Source: Eimeria praecox
Lineage: Eukaryota
Length of the DNA: 64,000 bases
Direction of reading: 5' to 3'
Assembly (NCBI GenBank): GCA_963920595.1
Contig: OY986946.1
Span: forward strand, 5,084,001-5,148,000
Part shown: positions 1 to 15,900 of the stretch, piece by piece
Layout: every line of letters begins with the position of its first letter
Numbering within the stretch: the first letter of the stretch is position 1
Position numbers and translations under genes: made by a program
Notes under the pieces: model-generated
Told to the model about the DNA's origin: nothing
Seen by the model: the letters and a program-made list of their open reading frames with translations, nothing else
Databases searched by the model: none

Positions 1-20
1 AATATGTGTTGTTGTGTCAG

Positions 21-3525
<3,505 letters not shown>

Positions 3526-3537
3526 TCGCAACAAATT

Positions 3538-4060
3538 GCTAGCTAGCTAGCTAGCTAGCTAGCTGGCTGGCTAGCTGGCTACCTGGCTGGCTAGCTAGGT
3601 GGCTGGCTAGCTAGCTAGCTAGGTGGCTGGCTAGATGGCTGGCTAGGTGGTTGGCTAGGTGGTTGGCTAGCTGGCTAGCTAGTTGTCTAGCTAGCTAGCT
3701 AGCTAGCTGGCTAGCTAGCTGCTGCTGCAGCAAGTAGTTGGCTGCTGCAGCAAATAGCTAGCTGCTGCAGGTAGATATTTGCTGCAGCTAGCTATTTGCT
3801 GCAGCATGTACAGCTAGCTGCAGCTAGCTGCTGCAGCTAGCTGCTGCAGCTAGCTGCTCTATCAAGTAGCTAGCTGCAGCTAGATGTTACAGCTAGCTGC
3901 TGCTGCAGCTAGCTCCTGCAGCAGCTAGCTATTGCAGCAGCTAGCTGGTGCAGCACGTGGGGAGTTTCCATAGCTAGCTGCAGCAGCAAGTGGCTAGCTG
4001 CCACAGCTAGCTGCTGCAGCAAGCAGCGAACTGCTGCTGCTGCAGCTAGCTAGCTGCTGG
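3538..4060. repeat. (AGCT)n self-complementary tetranucleotide array, degenerate and mixed with CAG/CTG
   Basis: GCTAGCTAGCT... starts ~13 nt after the CNNM stop codon. Confidence 0.9.
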
Positions 4061-4169
4061 TTTGTATGGTTGCTGCTCTATCAAAGGAGACAGGGAGCTG
4101 CAGCAGGGGACAGGAGACAGCAGCAACTACCCCTAACCAACTAACGAACTGTCTCCTTTATAGTATAAC

Positions 4170-4961
4170 AGGAGGAGACAGGAGACTGTCTCCTCTATAA
4201 TATATAGCTAGAGGAGACAGTCTACTCAATAATATATAAAGGAGACAGTCTATAATATATAGCTAGGGGAGACAGTCTCCTCTATAATATATAGCTAGGG
4301 GAGACAGTCTCCTCTATAATATATAGCTAGAGGAGACAGTGTATAATATATAGCTAGAGGAGACAGTCTCCTCTATAGTATATAGCTAGAGGAGACAGTC
4401 TCCTCGGAGATGAAAGGAGACAGTCTCTCCTACTATCTCTGATAGGAGGAGACAGTATGTTCTACAATATATAATAGGAGGAGACAGTCTACTCTATCAT
4501 AAAGAGGAGGCAGTCTACTTTGTAATAAATAATAATAATAATAATAAATAATAATAATAATAATAAATAATAATAATAATAATAATGAGAGGAGACAGTC
4601 TCCTCTCTCCTCTCTTATCATAGGAGGAGACAGTCTCCTCTATAGAGAAGGAGACAGTCTCTTCTAGATTATGAGGGGGGCGGACTGTCTCCTCTGAGGC
4701 ATACCAGGAGGAGACAGTCTCCTCTGTTATAAACAGAAGGAAACAGTTTGTTATATTATAAGTAGAAGGAGACAGTTTATTCTATAATAAGTAAGAGGAG
4801 ACAGTCTCCTCTATTATAAATAATAATAATAATAATAGTAATAATAATAATGATGAGAGGAGACAGTCTCCTCTATTATAAATAAAAGGAGACAGTCTCC
4901 TCTATTATAAATAAAAGGAGACAGTTTATTCTATAATAAGTAGAAGGACACAGTCTCCTCT

Positions 4962-5060
<99 letters not shown>

Positions 5061-5275
5061 AGGAGACAGTCTCCTCTATTATAAATAAAAGGAGACAGTC
5101 TCCTCTATAATAAATGAGAGGAGACAGTCTCCCCCATAATAATCAAAAGGAGACAGTCTCCATAATAGTAAGAGATAAGGAGACAGTCTCCTCTATAGTA
5201 TGATAGGAGGAGACAGTTTATAATATAAGGAGACAGTCTATTCTTATAATATAATGAAAGGAGACAGTCTCTTGC
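4170..5275. repeat. Array of palindromic GGAGAC-A-GTCTCC motifs with AT-rich spacers and an internal (TAA)n tract at ~4965-5057
   Basis: 15 intact GGAGACAGTCTCC copies counted (e.g. 4268, 4300, 4359, 4391, 4591, 4627, 4859, 5062, 5179) plus half copies. Confidence 0.85.
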
Positions 5276-5347
5276 AGAACAAAATTAAAGGAGACAGATA
5301 GAACACGATAGGCTGATAATTGTTAGAGAAGGACACTCAACAGCTGC

Positions 5348-5388
<41 letters not shown>

Positions 5389-5530
5389 CAGCAGCAGCAG
5401 CAGCAGCAGTTGCTGCAGCAGCAGCAGCAGCTATATATATACATTTGTTGTTATCTTCACTCTTTCCTGTACCTCAAACCAAATACTAGAACCACCTCTC
5501 CCTACGCAAATGCAGCAGCAGCAACAGCAA

Positions 5531-5579
<49 letters not shown>

Positions 5580-5739
5580 CACGCTTTGTTAACAACTGGT
5601 TTGAGTTAGACTTCTATTCGTTTGAGGTGTATGTACACCGTATCAGTTATGAATATTAATCTATTATATTTATTCCTTCTATTTTATTTTTAGTATATAC
5701 AAAAACCTGTAATCCTGTGCTGCTGCTGCTGCTGCTGCT

Positions 5740-5770
<31 letters not shown>

Positions 5771-5919
5771 CGATTGAACCATTGAGCTGTCTATACACCT
5801 CAGATATATCGCAGCAGCAAAACGAGAGAAATAAAAAATAATAAAAAAAATTAATTAAATAATTTATAAATGTAAACTAAACAAATAACAACTCATAAAA
5901 CAGACAGTCGGCGCACAGG

Positions 5920-6011
<92 letters not shown>

Positions 6012-6102
6012 GGGATAGATAGATCTGTAGGAGGATCGTGTTTTAAATTTTTGCTGCATTTTCTGATTTAAAACAAATAGCTGCTGTTAACAACAGCAGC
6101 AA

Positions 6103-6133
<31 letters not shown>

Positions 6134-6306
6134 AGCAGCAGCAGCAGCAGCAGCAGGAACAGGAGCAGCAAGGTTTGCTGCTGCTAAACGGTTCACTATC
6201 ATTATTGCTGCTGCTGGATAGCAGCAGATAACTCGGCCTTCTTCTATTCTAAAGGTTTTTAATTATTTTAAATACATAGTAAACATTGAAGAAGCAGCTC
6301 TGCTGC

Positions 6307-6347
<41 letters not shown>

Positions 6348-6501
6348 CTGAGGCGGCAGCGCGAGGTGAACGACAGCTCCAGCATTATTTCGTGTTTTAT
6401 TTGCTGCTGCTTCTTGCAGCTCTCAACAACTTGCTGCTGCTGCTGCTCCTGCTGCAGCAGCAGCAACAACAACCCTTCTCGAATTTGTAGAAGCAGGTAT
6501 C

Positions 6502-6535
<34 letters not shown>

Positions 6536-6910
6536 AGTGGTCAGGCGATGCTACGCAGGCATTGAGGTCTCCCTATTGTATCAGCAGCAGAAGAAGAAGA
6601 ACAGCAACAGCAACAACAGCAGCAGCAGCAACAACAACAGCAGCGGCAGCAGCAGCAGCAACAACAGCAGCAGCAGCATCGCCCATTGGTGTTGCAGCAG
6701 CAGCAGCAGCAGCAGCGGCAGCTGTTACAGCAGCAGCAACAGAAGCAACAGCATACAGAATAACGGCAGCAGTAGCTGCAGGAACAGCAACAGCAGCAGC
6801 AGCAGCACGAGAACGACGCCAAGCCAGCAGCAGCAGCAGCACGAGAACGACGCCAAGCCAGCAGCAGCAGCAGAAAGAGCTGCTGGCCCCCAATGCCTCT
6901 CCTGAGACAG

Positions 6911-6951
<41 letters not shown>

Positions 6952-6952
<1 letters not shown>

Positions 6953-7045
6953 TGCTAGGCAGCAGCACAAGTTCAGAGGGCAGCGAGGAGACAGGGGCGC
7001 AGCGTCCGCAGGTGTTGAAGATATCATTCCCTTGCTCGGCTCGCC

Positions 7046-7078
<33 letters not shown>

Positions 7079-7558
7079 CTGCTGCTGCTGCTGCTGCTGC
7101 TACTGTGGGGAGGAGCAGCAGCGCCGAGAGCTCACCCGGTAGCAGCAGCAACAGCAGCAGCAGCAGCAGCAGCAGGTCGGAGGAGACATGTATCTACCTG
7201 TCTCCTTTAGCTCCCTCCCCACAGGGAATAAGCAGCAGCAGCAGCAGCAGCAGCATTAGCAGCAGCAGCAGCATCGGCAGCAGCAGCAGCAGCAGGAGGA
7301 GCAATGCCTGCAGCTCTTTACAAGAATATCTTTGCAGCTTCTTCCGCAGCAGCAGCAGCAGCAGCCGCAGCAGCAGCAGCAGCAGGTGGAGGAGCAGCAG
7401 CAAGCGCAGCAGCAAATTGTGGGGTAGCCACCGTAGGCCTCTTGATGTTATAGTCCCGAGGTGTATATACACCTTAGAAGACAAATCTACTAGTCTGCTG
7501 CTGTCTCCGAATGAGCAGCAGCAGCAATATGCTGCTGTTCCCTCAGCAGCATCTACAC

Positions 7559-7632
<74 letters not shown>

Positions 7633-7710
7633 AGCAAAGGACATGATAGCATGACGTACAGCGTTGATTCTGCTCTTCCCTCCTTAGCGCTGCAGCTGTC
7701 TCCTCCTCCT

Positions 7711-7748
<38 letters not shown>

Positions 7749-8237
7749 GCAGGAGGAAGAGACAGATGGAGACAACGAATGCAGCAGCAGATTATCATTT
7801 TTATTTGAAGTAGTAGCAGCAGCAGCAGGTCTGGGGTGTATATGGAGGTTCCCTGTGTTTTGTTATGTGTGGGGTGCTGGCAGCTATATAACAGCATATT
7901 TGCTGCTGCTGCTGCTGCTAGGTTATCCTGTGTTATATTATGAGATGTGTCTGGGGTTTGTTTATAAAACAAATATATTTAATTATATTGCTTCTGTATC
8001 TAGATCATATCGAGGTGTTGCTGTCTCTATATTGTTGTTATCTTGTTTTGTTTGTACCTATTATTGTAATGTTATATCTTTAGGTTTATCTTATGCGTTT
8101 GCTTCTTTCTCTCCTTCTCTCCCATGGGCTGTACAGACAGCAGACAGCAGCATTTGTGGGGTAGCCGAGCTGCAGCAGCAACCTCTATGTGAAGCAGCAC
8201 GTGCTGCAGGTGTATTCTGTAAATGGGGGCCTCCTGA

Positions 8238-8276
<39 letters not shown>

Positions 8277-8350
8277 TGCTGCTGCTCTTGTTGCTGATGC
8301 TGCTGAGGGTGTTGATGCTGCTGCTGATGCTCATGGTGCTGCAGCAACTG

Positions 8351-8395
<45 letters not shown>

Positions 8396-8464
8396 GAAGG
8401 TGTGTTGCTGATCCGGAGGCGAAGGCAGCAGCGTTCTTTGCGCATGCAGTGCTTCAGCAGCCAA

Positions 8465-8509
<45 letters not shown>

Positions 8510-8570
8510 CCCCAACAACAGCATTTCCTGGTGTATCTGAGGAATCTGCTTCCGCAGCAGCCTCAGCAGT

Positions 8571-8607
<37 letters not shown>

Positions 8608-9070
8608 AGCAGCCACGGCTCAACAGCATATCTTTGTTTGGTGTTAGTGTGGGGTCTTGTATGGTTGTGTATATCTAAGGGTTTAAGGTCTGTTGCTGCT
8701 ATATCTTATATATCTGTGCTGCTGCCAGTTGTATGTATTGTGCTGCTAGCAGCAGCAGCAGCAACGCTACCTGGTGCTGCTGTAGGACTGCAGCAGCTGC
8801 TGTCTGTTGATATGCTGCTGCTGCTGCGAAGCACCGAGCTGTGGGCTGAAGCAGCGAGCCAGGTCTTCTTCTCTCTCGGCGTCTTTCAGGGGACGATGAC
8901 GTGCTTTGCTGCTGCTGCTGCTGCTGCTGCTGGAAGGGGAGGAGGAGGAAAGAGACACAGCAGCAACCCCACACTTGCTGCATGCACTGTCATTGCTACC
9001 AATGTATTCTTATCTATCACTTCTGCTGCTGCTGCTTTTGCTGCTGCTGGACATGTTGCTTATGCAGCAA

Positions 9071-9102
<32 letters not shown>

Positions 9103-9475
9103 GCAGCAACAACACCAACAACAGCTATCTCAGACATCCCCACAGATACAGCAGCAGCAGCAGAAACAGCAACAGCAACAGCAGCAACAGCAGCAACAGC
9201 AGCAGCAGCAGCAGCAGGGACAGCAGCATGGAGAGATCTGCAGCTAGAAGGCCCTCGTCTAGTGTTTGTTTTATATCCACTAGTAATTAACTCTCTCCCT
9301 CTATCTTCTGTCTTCTCTTTTATTTTCTTCTCCTCCTTCTGTCTCCTAGGCATTAGCAGTGTCTCCTGTCTTATACACCCCACAGTTGAAGTGCTGCTAG
9401 CAGCACGTGGCTTCAGCAGCAGCAGCAGGTCCAGCAGCAGCAACAGCAACAGCAGCAGCAGCAGCAGGTCCAGCA

Positions 9476-9526
<51 letters not shown>

Positions 9527-9999
9527 TGAGGTGGTTGAGTCTGTGTTGCTGCAGGAGGAGTCGGAATGTAGTGTCTTTGTTTGTCTGCTGCTGCTGCTGC
9601 AGCATCAGTCTTTTATTTTGTTTCGCTGCTGCTCTTGAACCTGTAGAGACAGCAGATCTCTACTGGGGGGTTGTGGGGTTGCTGCTGCTCGGTGCAGCAG
9701 AATGCTTTTGTTTTGGATGGCTGGCAGGGTTGCAGCAGCAGCAGCAGCAAATAGGGAAGCTAGCAGTATATAGTTATATGACTATCTTTGTTGCTGCTGT
9801 TGTATCTGCTGATGCTATCATCTGCTGCAGCAGCAACACACAAACTGCTGCAGCAGGTGCTGCTGCTGCTGCTGTCTTCTATACCTTAGGGGCTGCATGC
9901 TCTTTCTATCTTGCTGCTTCATTTATTAAACAGAAACAAACACAAAAACACTTGGATATACAAGACACACAAACACCACCAGCAGCAGCAGCAGCAGCA

Positions 10000-10030
<31 letters not shown>

Positions 10031-10119
10031 AGAAGCTAGCAGCTTTAGAGGGAGAGCAACTCGCCACCTGCTTCGTCGACGACTCCGAAGAAGCAGCAGC
10101 AGCAGCAGCAGCAACAAGA

Positions 10120-10150
<31 letters not shown>

Positions 10151-10215
10151 AGGAGGCTAGCATAGATGACTGCAGCACCGTCGGTGCTGCTGTCTGCTGC
10201 TCTTCTCTTGCTGTA

Positions 10216-10249
<34 letters not shown>

Positions 10250-10910
10250 CGTTGAGGATTCTGGGTGTGGCGTATTGGTGGTTGTTTTGGGGTGGCAGCT
10301 GCGAGCTGCCTATACACCTGAACAGCAGCAGCAAATATAGAGGGAAGAAGAAGCTGCTGCTGCTGTGTCTTTGTACTCTTTGTATTAAATATTTTCTGCC
10401 TGCTGCACTTAGCTTCTTATGCTTGCAGAGTCTCCGACAGATTCTGAAGCTGTCTCCTCCTCCTGCTGCTGCTGCTGCTGATGCTGCTGCTGCTGCTGCT
10501 GCTGCTGATGCTCCAGGTGCAGCAGCAGCAGCAGCAGCAGCAGGAGAAGCAGCAGGAAGCGAGATAGAGCCTGCTGCAAGGATATACTATGAGCTGCCTA
10601 TTGCTGCTGTGCTGCTGCTGCTGTGTGCTGTAGCAGCAGCAGGTGTACTCAAACCTTCTCTCTTCTCTTTCTTGCTGCCGCCTGAGGTGGACGGAGACAG
10701 CAGCAGCAGCAAAGAAGAAGCAGCAGCAGATGCTGATGCTGCTGCTGATGCTGCTGCTGCTGCTGCTCCTGCTGTTGCTGCGGCTGCTGCAGCACAACAC
10801 ATGTGCATGCACGGCAACGAGAAAGCAGCAGCAGATACGCTGCTGCAGCTGCAGCAGCTGCAGCAACTCCAACACCCCACAAGTCACTGCTGCAGCTGCA
10901 GCACAACTAC

Positions 10911-10947
<37 letters not shown>

Positions 10948-11010
10948 AGCAGCAGCAACCAGCAAGCATTTAATTGTGAGCTGCCGACGCATGCGTCGGA
11001 GCTGCAGTGA
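6952..11010 (+). CDS. Sodium:neurotransmitter symporter (SLC6/NSS) family transporter, apparently intronless, ~1352 aa
   Basis: First in-frame ATG at 6952 within ORF 6502-11010. NSS motifs in order: GLGCIWRFPVFCYVWGAGSYITAY...GYPVLYYEMCLG (TM1-2), WAEAASQVFFSLG (TM6), GPRLVFVLYP (EL4), FFSSFCLLGISS (TM8), AECFCFGW (TM10), all interrupted by poly-A/S/Q. Confidence 0.9.
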
Positions 11011-11243
11011 CACTCAAAGCAGCAGCAGCAGCAACGGCAAATACATCAGCAGCAACAGCAGCAGCAGCTGCAGCAGCAGCTACTGCAGCAGCAACACCAG
11101 CAGCAGCTGCAGCAGCAACAGCAGCAGCAGCTGCAGCAGCAACAGCAGCCAGCAAAGACTGGAAGCACATACAAAGTAAACCCTCACGCTGACGCAGCAA
11201 TTAGCAGCAGCAGCACCGCCAGCAGCAGCAGCAGCAACAACGC

Positions 11244-11274
<31 letters not shown>

Positions 11275-11355
11275 ATGATATGCTTCTTATATGTGATGCA
11301 TGCTGCTGCTGCAGTACAGAAAGGCGAGCAAACATCCGAAGGTTATACACCAAAT

Positions 11356-11393
<38 letters not shown>

Positions 11394-11984
11394 GCAGCAA
11401 CACCAACAGTTTGTTTAACGTCGGCTTACTAACAGTAGCCACAGCAGCAACAGCTGCAGCAGCAGAAGCTGCAGCAGCAGGAGCAGGAGCTGCAGCAGCA
11501 GCAGCAGGAGCTGCAGCAGCAGCAGCAAGAGGTGCAGCAGCAGGAGCTGCAGCAGCAGCAGCAAGTGCTGCAGCAGCAGCAACGTTTCATATTTGGCTGC
11601 TGATATATGGAAGGCCTTCCTACAGGTGGAATGGCAGCAGCAGCATCTGCTGCAGCAGCAACAGCAGCAGCAGCAGCAGCAGCAGCTGCTGCTGCTGCTG
11701 CTGCTGTCCTTGCTCAGGTGTTTTTATACAGAGAGCTGCTGCCTGCTGCTCGCATGCAGCCCCAAACACTTTGTGTATATATTCTAGCTATTAATACCGA
11801 GGTTTGCTTTGTTATCGCGTCGATCTCTGTTGCTGCTGCTGCTGTTGCTGCTGCTGTTGCTGCTGCTGTTGCTGCTGCTGTTGCTGCTGCTGTTGCTGCT
11901 GCTGTCGCTGCTGTTGCTGCTGCTGCTGCTGCTCGGAATGCTCGGGGCTGGCGTGTGAAGACAGAGAAGGATTAGGTGTATGCG

Positions 11985-12008
11985 GAGACAGAGAGACAGA
12001 GAGAGACG

Positions 12009-12040
<32 letters not shown>

Positions 12041-12310
12041 GACAGAGAGAGAGAGACAGAGAGAGAGGGAGAGAGAGAGAGACAGAGAGAGAGAGAGACA
12101 GAGAGACAGACAGAGTGACGGAGAGACAGAGAGGGAGACAGACAGACAGAGAGACAGAGAGAAAGAGACAGAGAGCAAGAGAGACAGAGACAGAGAGAGA
12201 TACAGATAGATAGAAACCAAAAGAGAGACAGATAAAGAGAGAGATAGACAGCAAGAAAGATACAAGGAGACATCAGAGACAGACAGAGAGACAGAGACAG
12301 ACAGACAAAC
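11985..12310. repeat. GAGACA/GA-rich low-complexity tract between convergent genes
   Basis: Read directly. Confidence 0.8.
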
Positions 12311-12592
12311 AAAACATCATGCTTGTACCTAATCTGCTGCTGCTGCTGCTGCAGTGCTGCTGCTGCTGCTGCAGCAGCAGCAGCAGCAGCAGCTACTCAG
12401 CAGCATTTCGGGTGTATATGCAGCTAAAGACAACGAAGACAAAGAAAGGAGACAAAGGAGACAGTATAAAATATAAAACAAACAAAACAAAACTAGTTTA
12501 ATACATGCTCCATGCATGCAGCCCCATAAAAATTAAATCTATAGCCAAACAAAACTAACAAAGAAAGCCCCAAAGCCCCAAAATCCTACAGC

Positions 12593-12628
12593 TGCATGCA
12601 TGCATGCATGCATGCATGCATGCATGCA
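12593..12628. repeat. (TGCA)n / TGCATGCA palindromic array
   Basis: About 9 tandem TGCA units ~25 nt downstream of the minus-strand stop at 12653. TGCATGCA is a known abundant Eimeria repeat and apicomplexan ApiAP2 motif. Confidence 0.9.
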
Positions 12629-12652
12629 AGGATAAATGGGGCTGTCTCTGTC

Positions 12653-12719
12653 TTAGGCTTCAGTGCCATCTAAAGACACCTCATCCATGCTAGCAAAGGA
12701 GACACCTGTTGCTGCACTG

Positions 12720-12757
<38 letters not shown>

Positions 12758-12896
12758 TCGCTGTGCTGCTGCTGCTGCTGCTGCAGCAGCAGCAGCAGCA
12801 GATGGGCGTGATACATGCTGTTCGCTGCGGTCCTTCGAGTGGCTGCTGCTGCTGCCGTTGCTGCATGCATGCAACTTTGGGGCTTTCTCAGGACAT

Positions 12897-12931
<35 letters not shown>

Positions 12932-15900
12932 GAAGGTGTCTCCTCCTTTTCCCTGTACAAAAGCTAAAAAGGCTTTGTCGTCTGCTGCAAGCTGCCCATA
13001 CAAACAACACACAAACCCTAAACCCTAAACCCTAAACCCTAAACCCTAAACCCTAAACCCTAAACCCTAAACCCTAAATATATGCTGAGGTAGCAGGAGA
13101 AAGCTAGAAAAGCCAAAGAAGGAGATATGAAGAAGGAGACAGAAGAATATAAAGAATAAAGAATATATAAAAAGAGAGAGAGATAGATGAAGGAGACAGA
13201 TGAAGATAAACGGAGACAGAGAGAGGAGACACAAGAAGATAGACAGAGAAAGAAACAGAGACAAACAGACAGAGAAAGAAGGAGACACACACACAAAGAT
13301 AGGAGACAGATAAATAAAGGAGACAGATTGATAGACAGATAAATAAGAGAGACAGATAGATAAAGGAGACAGATTGATAGATAGATAGATAAGAGAGACA
13401 GATAAATAGAGGAGACAGATTGATAGATAGATAGATAAGAGAGACAGATAAATAGAGGAGACAGATTGATAGATAGATAGATAAGAGAGACAGATAAATA
13501 GAGGAGACAGATTGATAGATAGATAGATAAGAGAGACAGATAAATAGAGGAGACAGATTGATAGATAGATAGATAAGAGAGACAGATAAATAGAGGAGAC
13601 AGATTGATAGATAGATAGATAAGAGAGACAGATAAATAGAGGAGACAGATTGATAGATAGATAGATAAGAGAGACAGATAAATAGAGGAGACAGATTGAT
13701 AGATAGATAGATAAGAGAGACAGATAAATAGAGGAGACAGATTGATAGATAGATAGATAAGAGAGACAGATAAATAGAGGAGACAGATTGATAGATAGAT
13801 AGATAAGAGAGACAGATAAATAGAGGAGACAGATTGATAGATAGATAGATAAGAGAGACAGATAAATAGAGGAGACAGATTGATAGATAGATAGATAAGA
13901 GAGACAGATAAATAGAGGAGACAGATTGATAGATAGATAGATAAGAGAGACAGATAAATAGAGGAGACAGATTGATAGATAGATAGATAAGAGAGACAGA
14001 TAAATAGAGGAGACAGATTGATAGATAGATAGATAAGAGAGACAGATAAATAGAGGAGACAGATTGATAGATAGATAGATAAGAGAGACAGATAAATAGA
14101 GGAGACAGATTGATAGATAGATAGATAAGAGAGACAGATAAATAGAGGAGACAGATTGATAGACAGATAAATAAGAGAGACAGATAGATAAAGGAGACAG
14201 ATTGATAGATAGATAGATAAGAGAGACAGATAAATAGAGGAGACAGATTGATAGATAGATAGATAAGAGAGACAGATAAATAGAGGAGACAGATTGATAG
14301 ATAGATAGATAAGAGAGACAGATAAATAGAGGAGACAGATTGATAGATAGATAGATAAGAGAGACAGATAAATAGAGGAGACAGATTGATAGATAGATAG
14401 ATAAGAGAGACAGATAAATAGAGGAGACAGATTGATAGATAGATAGATAAGAGAGACAGATAAATAGAGGAGACAGATTGATAGATAGATAGATAAGAGA
14501 GACAGATAAATAAAGGAGACAGATTGATAGATAGATAGATAAGAGAGACAGATAAATAGAGGAGACAGATTGATAGATAGATAGATAAGAGAGACAGATA
14601 AATAGAGGAGACAGATTGATAGATAGATAGATAAGAGAGACAGATAAATAGAGGAGACAGATTGATAGACAGATAAATAAGAGAGACAGATAGATAAAGG
14701 AGACAGATTGATAGATAGATAGATAAGAGAGACAGATAAATAGAGGAGACAGATTGATAGATAGATAGATAAGAGAGACAGATAAATAGAGGAGACAGAT
14801 TGATAGATAGATAGATAAGAGAGACAGATAAATAGAGGAGACAGATTGATAGATAGATAGATAAGAGAGACAGATAAATAGAGGAGACAGATTGATAGAT
14901 AGATAGATAAGAGAGACAGATAAATAGAGGAGACAGATTGATAGATAGATAGATAAGAGAGACAGATAAATAGAGGAGACAGATTGATAGATAGATAGAT
15001 AAGAGAGACAGATAAATAGAGGAGACAGATTGATAGATAGATAGATAAGAGAGACAGATAAATAGAGGAGACAGATTGATAGATAGATAGATAAGAGAGA
15101 CAGATAAATAGAGGAGACAGATTGATAGACAGATAAATAAGAGAGACAGATAAATAGAGGAGACAGATTGATAGATAGATAGATAAGAGAGACAGATAAA
15201 TAGAGGAGACAGATTGATAGATAGATAGATAAGAGAGACAGATAAATAGAGGAGACAGATTGATAGATAGATAGATAAGAGAGACAGATAAATAGAGGAG
15301 ACAGATTGATAGATAGATAGATAAGAGAGACAGATAAATAGAGGAGACAGATTGATAGATAGATAGATAAGAGAGACAGATAAATAGAGGAGACAGATTG
15401 ATAGATAGATAGATAAGAGAGACAGATAAATAGAGGAGACAGATTGATAGATAGATAGATAAGAGAGACAGATAAATAGAGGAGACAGATTGATAGATAG
15501 ATAGATAAGAGAGACAGATAAATAGAGGAGACAGATTGATAGATAGATAGATAAGAGAGACAGATAAATAGAGGAGACAGATTGATAGATAGATAGATAA
15601 GAGAGACAGATAAATAGAGGAGACAGATTGATAGATAGATAGATAAGAGAGACAGATAAATAGAGGAGACAGATTGATAGACAGATAAATAAGAGAGACA
15701 GATAGATAAAGGAGACAGATTGATAGATAGATAGATAAGAGAGACAGATAAATAGAGGAGACAGATTGATAGATAGATAGATAAGAGAGACAGATAAATA
15801 GAGGAGACAGATTGATAGATAGATAGATAAGAGAGACAGATAAATAGAGGAGACAGATTGATAGATAGATAGATAAGAGAGACAGATAAATAGAGGAGAC

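Noticed and set aside
4170..5275. CRISPR-like look (palindromic repeats with spacers)
   Set aside because: Eukaryotic context, 13-bp repeat, low-complexity and mutually similar spacers of irregular length, no cas genes.
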